Of a stretch of DNA of 64,000 bases, positions 11,344-24,633 are shown in pieces (the first letter of the stretch is position 1; the number at the start of each line of letters is the position of its first letter). Both the position numbers and the translations under genes were made by a program. Where the stretch lies: contig OX597841.1 in assembly GCA_951406725.2 (NCBI GenBank), positions 17,546,001 to 17,610,000 on the forward strand, written 5' to 3'. The stretch comes from Octopus vulgaris. Taxonomy: Eukaryota. Under the pieces are notes generated by a model, which saw only the letters and a program-made list of their open reading frames with translations, had not been told where the DNA came from and ran no database searches.

Positions 11344-12745
11344 GTGGAGGCGCAATGGCCCAGTGGTTAGGGCAGCGGACTCGCGGTCATAGAATCGCGG
11401 TTTCGATTCCCAGACCGGGCGTTGTGAGTGTTTATTGAGCGAAAACACCTAAAGCTCCACGAGGCTCCGGCAGGGGATGGTGGTGATCCCTGCTGTACTC
11501 TTTCACCACAACTTTCTCTCACTCTTACTTCCTGTTTCTGTGGTACCTGTATTTCAAGGGGCCGGCCTTGTCACTCTCTGTGTCACGCTGAATATCCCCG
11601 AGAACTACGTTAAGGGTGCACGTGTCTGTGGAGGCTCCGGCAGGGATGGTGGTGATCCCTGCTGTACTCTTTCACCACAACTTTCTCTCACTCTTACTTC
11701 CTGTTTCTGTTGTACCTGTATTTCAAAGGGGCCGGCCTTGTCACTCTCTGTGTCACGCTGAATATCCCCGAGAACTACGTTAAGGGTGCACGTGTCTGTG
11801 GAGGCTCCGGCAGGGGATGGTGGTGATCCCTGCTGTACTCTTTCACCACAACTTTCTCTCACTCTTACTTCCTGTTTCTGTTGTACCTGTATTTCAAAGG
11901 GGCCGGCCTTGTCACTCTCTGTGTCACGCTGAATATCCCCGAGAACTACGTTAAGGGTGCACGTGTCTGTGGAGGCTCCGGCAGGGATGGTGGTGATCCC
12001 TGCTGTACTCTTTCACCACAACTTTCTCTCACCCTTACTTCCTGTTTCCGTTGTACCTGTATTTCAAGGGGCCGGCCTTGTCACTCTCTGTGTCACGCTG
12101 AATATCCCCGAGAACTACGTTAAGGGTGCACGTGTCTGTGGAGGCTCCGGCAGGGATGGTGGTGATCCCTGCTGTACTCTTTCACCACAACTTTCTCTCA
12201 CTCTTACTTCCTGTTTCTGTTGTACCTGTATTTCAAAGGGGCCGGCCTTGTCACTCTCTGTGTCACGCTGAATATCCCCGAGAACTACGTTAAGGGTGCA
12301 CGTGTCTGTGGAGGCTCCGGCAGGGATGGTGGTGATCCCTGCTGTACTCTTTCACCACAACTTTCTCTCACCCTTACTTCCTGTTTCCGTTGTACCTGTA
12401 TTTCAAGGGGCCGGCCTTGTCACTCTCTGTGTCACGCTGAATATCCCCGAGAACTACGTTAAGGGTGCACGTGTCTGTGGAGGCTCCGGCAGGGATGGTG
12501 GTGATCCCTGCTGTACTCTTTCACCACAACTTTCTCTCACTCTTTCTTCCTGTTTCTGTTGTACCTGTATTTCAAGGGGCCGGCCTTGTCACTCTCTGTG
12601 TCACGCTGAATATCCCCGAGAACTACGTTAAAGGTACACGTGTCTGTGGAGTGCTCAGCCACTTACACGTTAATTTCACGAGCAGGCTGTTCCGTTGATT
12701 CGGATCAACCGGAACCCTCGTCGTCGTAACCGACGGAGTGCTTCC
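11344..12745 (+). mobile_element. tRNA-derived SINE family C with ~7 tandem 169-170-bp internal units
   Basis: Head GGAGGCGCAATGGCCCAGTGGTTAGGGCAGCGGACTCGCGG...GTTTCGATTCC. Unit GAGGCTCCGGCAGG...GTCTGTG repeated at 11461-12650. Confidence 0.9.
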
Positions 12746-12814
12746 CAAAAATAACCAGCATGTTGCTCCATTCTGGCCTTATCTCTTTTACGTATGCTCC
12801 TGATACACGCATAG

Positions 12815-13414
12815 GTGCAGTTGTGGGTTTTGTAATAAGACGCTTGCTTCCCAACCACATGGTTCCGAGTTCGATCCCACTGCGTGCCACCTTCGAGAAG
12901 TAGCCTCGGGCTGACCAAAGTCTTGCGAGTGGATTTGGTATACGGAAACTGAAAGAAGACCCTCGTATATATACCACCACCACCACCACCACCACCACCG
13001 ACATAATTTCACAACCGACGTTGGTGTGTTTACGCCCCAGTAACTTAGCTGTTCGGCTAAAAGGTAACCGACAGAGTAAGTACGTAGCAGTCTCTTTTAC
13101 TTGTTTCAGTCACTTGACTGCGGCCATGCTGGAGCACCGCCTTTAGTCGAGCAAATCGATCCCTGGGACTTATTCTTTGTAAGCCCAGTACTTATTCTAT
13201 CGGTCTCTTTTACTTGTTTCAGTCATTTGACTGCGGCCATGCTGGAGCACCGCCTTTAGTCGAGCAACTCGATCCCAGGACTTATTCTTTTGTAAGCCCA
13301 GTACTTATTCTATCGGAGTCCTTTTTGCAGAACCGCTAAGTTACGGGGACGTAAACACACCAGCATCGGTTGTCAAGCAATGCTAGGGGGACAAACACAG
13401 ACACACAAATACAT

Positions 13415-13487
<73 letters not shown>

Positions 13488-13654
13488 TACGACGGGCTTC
13501 TTTCAGTTTCCGTCTACTAAATCCACTCACAAAGGTGTGGTCGGCCCGAGGCTATAGTAGAAGACACTTTCCCAAGATGCCACGCAGTGGGATTGAACCC
13601 AGAATCATGTGGTTGGTAAGCAAGCTACTTACCACACATATATATACACACGCA

Positions 13655-13708
<54 letters not shown>

Positions 13709-13881
13709 CATATATACGACGGGCTTCTTTCAGTTTCCGTCTACCAAATCCACTCAGAAGGCATTGGTCAGCCCGGGGCTATAGTAGAAGACACTTGCCC
13801 AAGGTGTCACGCAGTGGGACTGAACCCGGAACCATGTGGTTGGTAAGCAAGCTACTTACCACACAGCCACTCCTGCGCCTA
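12815..13881. mobile_element. Cluster of SINE B copies (degenerate plus copy, then minus copies with partial duplications)
   Basis: Homology to the SINE B consensus. Confidence 0.8.
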
Positions 13882-14482
13882 GGCTTTTAAAAAATGATAA
13901 AAACAAAAACTAGAATCGGTTCATTCGGATAAAAAATTCTGCAAGGCGGTGCCCCAGCATGGCCGCAGTAATAGATAAAGAGTTAAAGAGAGACAAGCGT
14001 ACGTGCAGACACACACGTGCACACGCACACATATACACACACACACACACACACATACACACACACACACACGTCTCTCTCTCTCTTTCCCCTTGATAAA
14101 CCTTATCAGAACTTCTTCGATAAGTGCAGCCAAACAATTTCTCAGGCTTCAAATCGCTTTTGTAAACACTTCGGTTGGTGGGTTTTTTTTTATTTGTCTA
14201 TATCCTTATGTATGTTTGTTTATTTTTATCTTGTATCCTTTCCTTGTTTGACTCATGCAGTTGTGGCCATGCTGGGGCACCACTTTGAAGAGATTAGTTG
14301 AACAAATCGATGCCAGTTCTTCTTTCTATCCTTCTTCCTTTCTGGTTGTGAAGGTGGATAGTGAAAAGTGTATTTTTAAAAAATTGAACTAAATTGTTTA
14401 TATCACCTATCACTTAACATACATACACACAAACACATGTGTGTGTGTGTGTGTATTTGTATCTTTATATATGTATATGTAT

Positions 14483-14875
14483 CTGGCTGTGTGGTAAGTA
14501 GCTTGCTTACCAACCACATGGTTCCGGGTTCAGTCCTACTGCGTGGCACCTTGGGCAAATGTCTTCTACTATAGCCTCAGGCCGACCAAAACCTTGTGAG
14601 TGGATTTGGTAGACGGAAACTGAAAGAAGCCTGTCGTATATATAAATATGTATATGTGTGTGTGTGTGTGTGTTTGTCTCCCTAGCATTGCTTGACAACC
14701 GATGCTGGTGTGTTTACGTCCTCGTCACTTAGCGGTTCGGCAAAAGAGACCGATAGAATAAGTACTGGGCTTACAAAGAATAAGTCCTGGGGTCGATTTG
14801 CTCGACTAAAGGCGGTGGTCCAGCATGGCCGCAGTCAAATGACTGAAACAAGTAAAAGAGTAAAGAGAGAAAAGA
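14483..14875 (+). mobile_element. SINE family B
   Basis: Near-full copy. Confidence 0.85.
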
Positions 14876-14878
14876 GAG

Positions 14879-14957
<79 letters not shown>

Positions 14958-14958
14958 G

Positions 14959-15011
<53 letters not shown>

Positions 15012-15014
<3 letters not shown>

Positions 15015-15282
15015 TTTCAAAATAGAAAATTACCCATTAACAGGTAATTTTTACATGCTAGAAATAGTAGCCAACACGGCCAAAAGCCACATATTTATAG
15101 CAAATTTCGAAGTAAATGAAGAACAAAAAATTTTACCTTGTTATTTAATCGTTAAATAACAAGGTAAAAGTTTTTATTTTTCATTTACTTCGAAATTTGC
15201 TATAAAACTGTGACTTTTGGCCGTGTTGGCTGCTATTTCTAGCATGTAAAAATTACCTGTTAAAGGGTAATTTTCTATTTTG

Positions 15283-15288
<6 letters not shown>
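15012..15288. mobile_element. Fold-back palindrome / MITE with ~135-bp arms inside a (TA)n tract
   Basis: Arms are reverse complements around the centre ...TTATTTAA-TCG-TTAAATAA... at ~15150. Confidence 0.85.
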
Positions 15289-15322
<34 letters not shown>

Positions 15323-15340
15323 ATACATACATACATACAT

Positions 15341-15439
<99 letters not shown>

Positions 15440-15524
15440 GGAGTAAACACATAAATGTGAAATAAGGTGGAAAAAAGAGTACTCAAATACCAGGGGTAGA
15501 GTAATATATATAAAGTATATATAT

Positions 15525-15786
15525 ATGTCGCTGGAGGCTAGGATCACCGAGCATAGATTGGGATATTTCGGTCATATTATGCGGAGAAAATCCCTGGAGA
15601 AGGACATCATGCTCGGAATGGTCAGTGGCAAGAGAGGAAGAGGCCAACCAAGAACCCGCTGGCTTGACACCATCAAGAGTGATACCGGAATGGACATAGG
15701 CAATCTGAAAGAAGCGGCCTAGGATAGAACTGACTGGAGGACACTGATCCAACGAGTAACCGAGGGTCGACTTCGACTGAGCGGAT
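15525..15786 (+). mobile_element. RTE (BovB-like) LINE 3' fragment
   Basis: Translates RLGYFGHIMRRKSLEKDIMLGMVSGKRGRGQPRTRWLDTIK...*DRTDWR, a typical RTE C-terminus with an internal stop. Confidence 0.85.
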
Positions 15787-15794
15787 ATATATAT

Positions 15795-15961
15795 ATTTCT
15801 TTACTGCCCACAAGGGGCTAAACATAGAGGGGAGAAACATGGACAGACAAAGGGATTAAGCCGATTACATCGACCCCAGTGGGAAGCCGGTACTTTATTT
15901 ATCGACCCCGAAAGGATGAAAGGCAGAGTCGACCTCGGCGGAATTTGAACTCAGAACATGC

Positions 15962-16003
<42 letters not shown>

Positions 16004-16165
16004 CTTTATTGCCCACAAGGGGCTAAACATAGAGGGGACAAACAAGGACAGACAAAGGGATTAAGTCGATTATATCGACCCAGTGCGAAACTGGTACTTT
16101 ATTTATCGACCCCGAAAGGATGAAAGGCAAAGTCGACCTCGGCGGAATTTGAACTCGGAACGAGC
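15795..16165 (-). mobile_element. SINE A, two headless units separated by (TA)n
   Basis: Homology to the SINE A unit. Confidence 0.85.
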
Positions 16166-16694
16166 GGATAGATAGATAGATTTATAGGCATGTGTGTTTG
16201 TGTTTTTCCTCCCACTCTCTAGCAGGTGCGTTTATGTCCCCCCCGTGACTTACCGGTTCGGCAAAGTAGACACCGATAGAATAAGTACCTGGCCTTACAC
16301 ACACACACACGCATATATACAGGTGTGTGTGTGTATCGATCTGACACGCTGTATTCTTGCCAAAGTGTCCTAACCGTGTAAAGAGAGGCCCCGCCATCAA
16401 AAGCAAAACCCCGCGCCACCGCCGCAACCACAATAACAAAAATATCGAACTTACTTTCTCAGTAAATATACGCCGTTGTTAGTCCAGATCCGAAAGTCCT
16501 ATGGTTAAATCTGTTCCGGCCTTGACCACCCCATCTTAAAGTATATAACTTCCACTAACATTGTCCAATGCTGTTATTTTTTATATCCAGATGTTAGTTA
16601 AGAAGTTTGGGATTACAAGGGTGTTTGGCTGCTCTTTCTAACAGGTCGACCGACCGACCGCTTAGAAGCAATCTGATTGGTTGATCTACATACC

Positions 16695-17150
<456 letters not shown>

Positions 17151-17379
17151 TATCTATGGACAAATAGATCGAGAGATTAAAAGAAAGAAATCTATGGAAG
17201 AGAAAGACTAAGAGCTACGTGAGGGAGTTACGAGAAAGTTGAGAGAGAGTGTGAGAGAGAGCTAAGAGTGAGAGAGAGAGAGCTAAGAAAGAGAGCTGAG
17301 AAACAGAGCTAAATGGGAGCTAAGAGAGAGAGAGAGAGAGTGAGCCGGGAGAGAGGGCTAAGAAAGTGAGAGAGAGAGA

Positions 17380-17707
17380 GAGAACTATGAGGGAGAAAGA
17401 GCTAAGAGGGAGAAAGTGCTGAGAGATATATATATATAGAGAGAGAGAGAACAAAGAGAAATAAATAGACAGAGTATGCTAGTCAGAAGGAGAGAGAGAT
17501 AGAAACATAGTGAGTTTAAAAGAAAGAGAAAGAGAGAGAGAGTAGGAGGAAAGCGTTTGCTTTCCTCCCACTCTCTCTCTCTTTCTCTTTCTTTCAAACT
17601 CACTATGTTTCTATCTCTCAATCTGTACGTGTGAAACAGAGAGAGATAGTCAGAGAGAGGGAAATAGATAGAGAGAGAGAGAAATAGATAGAGAGAGAGA
17701 GAGGGAA

Positions 17708-17746
<39 letters not shown>

Positions 17747-17784
17747 TATGAGAGAGAAAGAGCTAATACGGAGAAAGTGCTGAG

Positions 17785-17815
<31 letters not shown>

Positions 17816-18060
17816 AAGAAAGAGAAAGAAATAGACAGAGGATGATAGTCAGAAGGAGGGGGAGATAGAAACATAGTGAGTTTGAAAGAAAGAGAAAGAG
17901 AGAGTAGGAGGAAAGCAAACGCTTTCCTCCTACTCTCTCTCTTTCTCTTTCTTTCAAACTCACTATGTTTCTATCTCTCAATCTGTACGTGTGAAACAGA
18001 TAGAGAGATAGTCAGAGAGAGAGGGAAATAGATAGAGAGATAGAGAGAAATAGAGAGATG
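17380..18060. repeat. 360-bp tandem duplication, each copy holding a ~60-bp-arm hairpin
   Basis: Hairpins at about 17494-17619 and 17862-17979. Confidence 0.85.
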
Positions 18061-18316
18061 GTGTGAGCGTGTGTTAGTGGACACAAGACATTAATGGAGA
18101 CCATCAACGGTCGGAAGAGACAGCTTGTGAGTCAGTAAGACATACAGCTGTCTACCTTAATAATGAATTGTCCACTGTCCAAGCTTGGCGGGTCGGCCGG
18201 CTCGCTGGCTGGCCGGCCGGTTAGTTGGTCGGTTGGTAGGTGCCAGCAGGCGGGCTGACAGGTTTGTCGGGCTGGTAGGCCGGTGTTTTTAGAGGTTGTT
18301 ATTTGTAGTTTTACGT

Positions 18317-18836
18317 AGTGGAGGCGCAACTCAATGGCCCAGTGCTTAGGGCAGCGGACTCTCGGTCGTAGGATCGCGGTTTCGATTCCCAGACCGGGCG
18401 TTGTGAGTGTTTATTGAGCGAAAACGCCTAAAAGCTCCACGAGGCTCCGGCAGGGGATGGTGGTGATCCCTGCTGTACTCTTTCACCACAACTTTCTCTC
18501 ACTCTTACTTCGATTCCCAGACCGGGCGTTGTGAGTGTTTATTGAGCGAAAACACCTGAAAAGCTCCACGAGGCTCCGGCAGGGGATGGTGGTGATCCCT
18601 GCTGTACTCTTTCACCACAACTTTCTCTCACTCTTACTTCCTGTTTCTGTTGTACCTGAATTTCAAGGGGCCGGCCTTGTCACTCTCTGTGTCACGCTGA
18701 ATATCCCTGAGAACTACGTTAAGGGTACACGTGTCTGTGGAGTGCTCAGCCACTTACATGTTAATTTCACGAGCAGGCTGTTCCGTTGATTCGGATCAAC
18801 CGGAACCCTCGTCGTCGTAACCAACGGAGTGCTTCC
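18317..18836 (+). mobile_element. SINE family C with a partial internal duplication
   Basis: Homology to 11344-12745. Confidence 0.9.
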
Positions 18837-18971
18837 TAAAAGCTTGTGTATCTGGTTTTGTAAGATTGTTGGCGCATGGCTCAGTGGTTGGAGGGTCGAG
18901 TTCACAATCATGATGTAGTGAGTTCGATTCCCCCACGCCACTAACATTAACCCTAAAACAGATTGAATTAT

Positions 18972-19706
18972 GGGATCTTTTCCTTTTGAACGGCAGACAA
19001 TTTCTAGTGGATCTTTTCATTTTGAAGGCCAGATTTCAACACAATTTCTAGTTAACTAAACACTTTAAAACTTCGTATACTGGTAGAATGTGTCAAAATA
19101 AAAACATTTTTTCTCTTGGCTTTTTTGAGAAAATTGTAATTTGTTTGTTTAACGTAGTTTAATTTTTCGAATTTTAACCAATCCTATGCTCTCTTTTGAG
19201 CTAAAATCATTTGCTGCGTCTAAAACTGAGACAACATCCTGTAACTAACCCTAAACCTCCCCCCTAACCCTAACCCTAAATTTTTTTTTCTTAATTGTTA
19301 AATTAATTTAATTGTTACGCGTGTAAAAAAAACTAAAGCAATGGAATTAAATTAATTTAACAATTAAGAAAAAAAATTAGGGTTAGGGTTAGGGGGAGGT
19401 TTAGGGTTAGTTACAGGATGTTGTCTCAGTTTTAGACGCAGCAAATGATTTTAGTTGAATGGAGGTAATCGATTGGTTAAAATTGCCGAAATGCTCGGAT
19501 TTTCAGACGAAATATCTTACAAACTATAGAATTTTCTCAATAAAACCAAGAGAAAATGATGTTTTATAAACACATTCTACCAGTATACGAAGTTTAAAAG
19601 TTTTTAAGTTAACTAGAAATATGTGTTGACATCTGCCGTTCAAAAGGTCATAAATGGGTGACAATTTCATAAGAAAATCCACTGCCGTTCAAACCGAAAA
19701 GATTCA
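18972..19706. mobile_element. Fold-back TIR element with ~300-bp arms and inward-facing CCCTAA/TTAGGG blocks
   Basis: Ends GGATCTTTTCCTTTTGAACGGCAG / CTGCCGTTCAAACCGAAAAGATTC. Related left arms at 45442-45826. Confidence 0.8.
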
Positions 19707-19733
19707 AATTTTCGTAGTTTCGAACAAGGAACG

Positions 19734-19792
<59 letters not shown>

Positions 19793-19829
19793 GAACAAGC
19801 ACGCACGCACAACCCAACTGACAATTTAA

Positions 19830-20245
19830 TTCTTTGTTGCCCACAAGGAGCTAAACACAGAGGGGACAAACAAGGACAGACAAAGGGATTAAGTCGATTA
19901 TATTGACCTCAGTGCGTAACTGGTACTTATTTAACCGACCCCGAAAGGATGAAAGGCAAAGTCGACCTCGGCGGAATTTGAACTCAGAACATAAAGACAG
20001 ACGAAATAACCTATTTCTTTATTACCCACAAGGGGCTAAACACAGAGGGGACAAACAAGGACAGACAAACGGATTAAGTCGATTATATCGACCCCAGTGC
20101 GTAACTGGTACTTAATTTAATCGACCCCGAAAGGACGAAAGGCAAAGTCGACCTCGGCGGAATTTGAACTCAGAGCGTAACGGCAGACGAAATACGGCTA
20201 CGCATTTCGCCCGACGTGCTAACCATTCTGCCAGCTCGCCGCCTT
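19830..20245 (-). mobile_element. SINE A, head plus 2 units
   Basis: Homology to SINE A. Confidence 0.9.
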
Positions 20246-20341
20246 CCTTTAATTCATATTCAGTGAAGTTAATGCAGAATTCGAGAAAGAATTCGCTTCT
20301 ATTTCTGACATGTCGATCTGCCACCAATATTGTCCCTCTGG

Positions 20342-20384
<43 letters not shown>

Positions 20385-20406
20385 TTACTGCTACTACTAC
20401 TACTAC

Positions 20407-20456
<50 letters not shown>

Positions 20457-20630
20457 ATAGTAACAGTGATAGTGGCAGTAGTAATAATAGTGGTGGTGGT
20501 GGTTATAGTAGTGGCGGTGGTAGTAAGAGTAGTAGTTGTAGTAGTGGTGGTGGGTGTAATAGTAGTTGTGGTGTTGGTGGTGATAACAGTTGTGGTGGTG
20601 GTAGTAGTTGTGGTGGTGGTAGTAACAGTA
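20342..20630. repeat. (CTA)n switching to (GTA/GTG)n microsatellite
   Basis: Direct inspection. Confidence 0.95.
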
Positions 20631-21096
20631 TGGGGTCATACGTCGTAAACGGCACATCGCTGCATCCACCATTTGTTGGCAGACGACAGATTAATCTCGG
20701 CAGACGACACCTTGTCACCGCTCAGGCGACAAACCCTCCAACCCTTCAACCCGTATGTTTTGGGTAGTCGGAGGGCAAATCCTACCCCAGTCTCTTTCAG
20801 TAATCTTTACAAAGTCGGAGGTCAAATATCCTACCTCAATCTTTTTCAGTAATCTTTTACGACACGTCTGTCTTTATGTTCTGAGTTCAAATTCCGCCGA
20901 GGTCGACTTTGCCTTTCATCCTTTCGGGGTCGATTAAATTAAGTACCAGTTACGCACTGCGGTCCATATAATCGGCTTAATCCGTTTGTCTGTCCTTGGA
21001 TCTATTCGTTGACATGCCGATCACCCCACAACACTAGAACAGAATAAAATAAAATAGAATGTAAAATGTTTTGCTCAAAAAAAAGCACAACATGCT

Positions 21097-21551
21097 GCCC
21101 GGTGCGCGCACTCGCACATATGCGTTAGCTAGTCGTAAGTAGTCGATCCTACAACGACTTTTTAACTCTAACCCTAAAACTAATTTTTTAACCCTAACCC
21201 TAATCCTAATTTGTTTATAAAAATAATTTATTTACTTAGTTTAAAAAAATTATTTACTTTGAGTTTTTTTTGCTTTTCTTTTTCTTTTCTATTTTTTTCT
21301 TTTTACTTATTTCAGTCATTTGACTGCAACCATGCTGGAGCACCGCCTTTAGTCGAGCAAATCGATCCCGGGACTTATTCTTTTTGTAAGCCCAGTACTT
21401 ATTCTGTCGGTCTCTTTTACTCGTTTCAGTCATTTTCAGTCATTTTATCGGTGTCTTTTGCCGAACCGCTAAGTTACGGGGACATAAACCAACCAGCATC
21501 GGTTGTCAAGCGATGCTAGAGGGACAAACACAGACACACAAATATACACGC

Positions 21552-21604
<53 letters not shown>

Positions 21605-21927
21605 TGTATATACGTATATACGACAGGCTTCTTTCAGTTTCTCTCTACCAAATCCACTCACAAGGCTTTGGTCGGCCCGAGGCTATAGCAGAAGACACTT
21701 GCCCAAGTTGCCACGCAGTGGGACTGAACCCGGAACCATGTGGTTGGTAAGCCAGCTACTTACCACACAGCCACTCCTACGCCTTTGTTCGAAAAATATT
21801 ATTTAATTTTCTTTGATATGTAATCAGCCTTGAAATACAAACATACACGCAAGTCGTTGTAGGATCGACTACTTACGACTAGCTAGCGCGAGTGCGCGCA
21901 CCGGGACCACTGTTCGCTAGTAGTACC
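21097..21927. mobile_element. Second Merlin-like MITE copy (short telomeric tract) with nested SINE B (21298-21784, minus)
   Basis: Same TIR sequence as 7003-8177. The left tip is truncated. Confidence 0.75.
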
Positions 21928-21933
21928 AACAAA

Positions 21934-22324
21934 TCTTTATATATAAAAGTCAAGTTGTGTGTCTGTCTGTCTCCTACGACTTAGATTCCTAACTACTCCC
22001 ACATTTTGCGGTGCAGTTTAACCAAAACCGGGTATCTTATAGTCGTGATTCATATCGAACCCTTCTAGGTATTAGCGCACGTCTACGATGAGTCTACGAT
22101 TAAAAAAAAAATTTACCATCATTTTTTTCCATTTTAATGCATTTTCTCGCTATTATATAAGGGAAGTAACTCTCTAAAAATGTCTACGATGAGTCAACGA
22201 TTTAAAAAAAAAATTACCATAATTCTTTTTCCATTTTTTATGCATTTTTTTGCTATAACTCTCTAAAAATGCTTATATAGTTATTTCCCTTACAAACCCG
22301 AGCAACGCCGGGCGATACTGCTAG
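21934..22324 (+). mobile_element. Non-autonomous Helitron
   Basis: A|TCTTTATATATAAAA 5' end; CCCGAGCAACGCCGGG hairpin followed by CTAG|T 3' end; no TSD. Confidence 0.9.
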
Positions 22325-22819
22325 TATATATATATATATTAACTCAGCTGTGGATTTAGTGAATGTTTTTTTCTTTGACGAGAATTCAGATTATTGCTGT
22401 GTGATCTATGTGAACAAATATACTTCGGTGGGTAATCTACACGCTCATTTAGGTTGTTTATCCTTAACTTCTTGTTTACTAAGTCAAATGAAACAGGATT
22501 TTCTTATTAAAATCGTCAGAATTTTGAAAGAATACATTTACAATGCTAAGTATGTCCTACAGTAACCTTCCCCGTAGATCACACGCCAGACTGGCACCGA
22601 ATCACCAACGGATGATGTGGTCACTTGGTCCCGAGTAAAACTTAAAACCGCAACCGATAGTGGGGCCTTGGTACGGAAGTTCCAGGGCTCGGACGAATGT
22701 TGAACCCCTTCTTCGCCACTACTGTTCCCAGATCTGACCCGGACTATTAGCACTTGTTAGGGCCCCGGCTTATGGCTTAAGTGACATGTGCATCAACTGC
22801 TTCTATGCAAAAGCTATAC

Positions 22820-23043
22820 CTATTTCTTTACTACCCACAAGGGGCTAAACACAGAGGGGACAAACAAGGACAGACGAACGGATTAAGTCGATTACATCGA
22901 CCCCAGTGCGTAACTGGTGCTTAATTTATCGACCCCGAAAGGATGAAAGGCAAAGTCGACCTCGGCGGAATTTGAACTCAGAACGTAACGGCAGAGACCG
23001 CTAAGCATTTCGTCCGGCGTGCTAACGTTTCTGCCAGCTCTCC
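22820..23043 (-). mobile_element. SINE A monomer with target-site duplication
   Basis: Flanked by GCAAAAGCTATACCT / GCAGAAGCTATACCT. Confidence 0.9.
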
Positions 23044-23422
23044 GCAGAAGCTATACCTGCTCCGATCATTGGCAGTCATTGGGTCAGCGAATTCTATTCA
23101 ACGGTCGACAAACGACGGCGAGGTGGGGGGGGGGGAGCTGCTTCGGATCACACTATCCCCAAAGTGTGCTTGCACGTGATAAGGGACCACATTTGAACCG
23201 GCATTCCCACTGACACTCACAAATACGAGCTCTGCTCCTTAACAACGACGGCATCCGCCTTATCCGACGCCTTTGCTTTCCCCCGTGGGACATTTGTCAA
23301 AATTGCAAGCCAGAGATTTTATCGATCTAGAACGATAAAAAGGTGGAGTCGACATCTGCGGATTTGGGGTTCAAAGCATAAAGTGCAAAACATATCTACT
23401 AAGCATTTTGTCCAACGATTTT

Positions 23423-23590
23423 GCAGGAGTGGCTGTGTGGTAAGTAGCTTGCTTCCCAACCACATGGTTCTGGGTTCAGTCCCACTGCGTGGCATCTTGG
23501 GCAAGTGTCTTCTACTATAGCCCCGGGCCGACCAATGCCTTGTGAGTGGATTTTGTAGACGGAAACTAAAAGAAGCCTGTCGTATATATG

Positions 23591-23651
<61 letters not shown>

Positions 23652-23862
23652 GTGTGTTTGTGTTTGTCCCTCTAGCATTGCTTGACAACCGATGCTGGTG
23701 TGTGTTTACGTCCCCGTCACCTAGCGGTTCGGCAAAAGAGACCGATAGAATAAGTACTGGGCTTACAAAGAATAAGTCCCGGGGTCGATTTGCTCGACGA
23801 TAAAAGGCGGTGCTCCAGCATGGCCGCAGTCAAATGACTGAAACAAGAAAAAGAGAAAAGAG
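23423..23862 (+). mobile_element. SINE family B
   Basis: Full copy. Confidence 0.9.
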
Positions 23863-23892
23863 AAAGCTGACTCGCTTTCTAAATATATGCTA

Positions 23893-24292
23893 CTAGCAGT
23901 ATCGCCCGGCGTTGCTCGGGTTTCTAAGGGAAATAACTATATAAGCATTTTTAGAGATGTAAAGTATAATAGCCATCGCAATATAGCTAACCACAAAGGG
24001 GGGGGTGTTACTGTAGCTTTTTTACGTTCTGAGATTTAATAATAAATTTTTAGAGAGTTACTTCCCTTATATATGCCAAAAATGGATTAAAAATGGGAAA
24101 AATTGATGGTAAATTTTTTTTTAAATCGTAGACCCATCGTAGACGCGCGCTAATACCCAGAAGGGCTCGATATGAATCACGACTATAAGATACCCGGTTT
24201 TGGTTAAACTGCACCGCAAAATGTGGGAGTAGTTAGGAATCTAAATCGTAGGAGACAGACAGCACACACAACCTTACTTTTATATATAAAGA
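23893..24292 (-). mobile_element. Non-autonomous Helitron
   Basis: Reverse complement of the 21934-22324 family with TC and CTAG ends. Confidence 0.9.
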
Positions 24293-24633
24293 TATAAAAG
24301 TCATTTACATAAGAATTTTTTTTTTACAGATAAAATGACAAAGGGTTTAATTAAACTGAACAAAGCAGATTAAATAACGTATATTTTGAGGGTTGAACTT
24401 AAAAATGCATGGAACTTTAAAATGTCTAACGAGAATAATTCAAAGTTTCAAAATGGTAGGATGAAATTTGTAGATAATTAAACAAATTAGATAACAGAAT
24501 AAACACGGTATAAATATTTTTGAAGTCAAATTTTAAAATGAACAGAACATTAAAACTAGTCTGCATAAAGAGTTTGAGTCTAAAAATTGTAGAATTTATT
24601 TTATCGAATTTGCCATAAAAGCAGTATATAGAG

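Noticed and set aside
11461-12650. CRISPR-like array (also the SINE A multimers and 55.6-56.4 kb)
   Set aside because: Whole units repeat with no unique spacers, there are no cas genes, and the context is eukaryotic.
11428-12698. Repeated Cys-rich ORFs (GDPCCTLSPQ...)
   Set aside because: Chance frames of SINE C units, with frameshifts between units.
18870-18940. tRNA gene (Val-like)
   Set aside because: A and B boxes are present but the stems pair poorly; more likely a SINE head or pseudogene.
22550-23320. GC-richer unique DNA as a coding exon
   Set aside because: Stops in the frames examined, a SINE insertion, and no recognisable motif or splice context.
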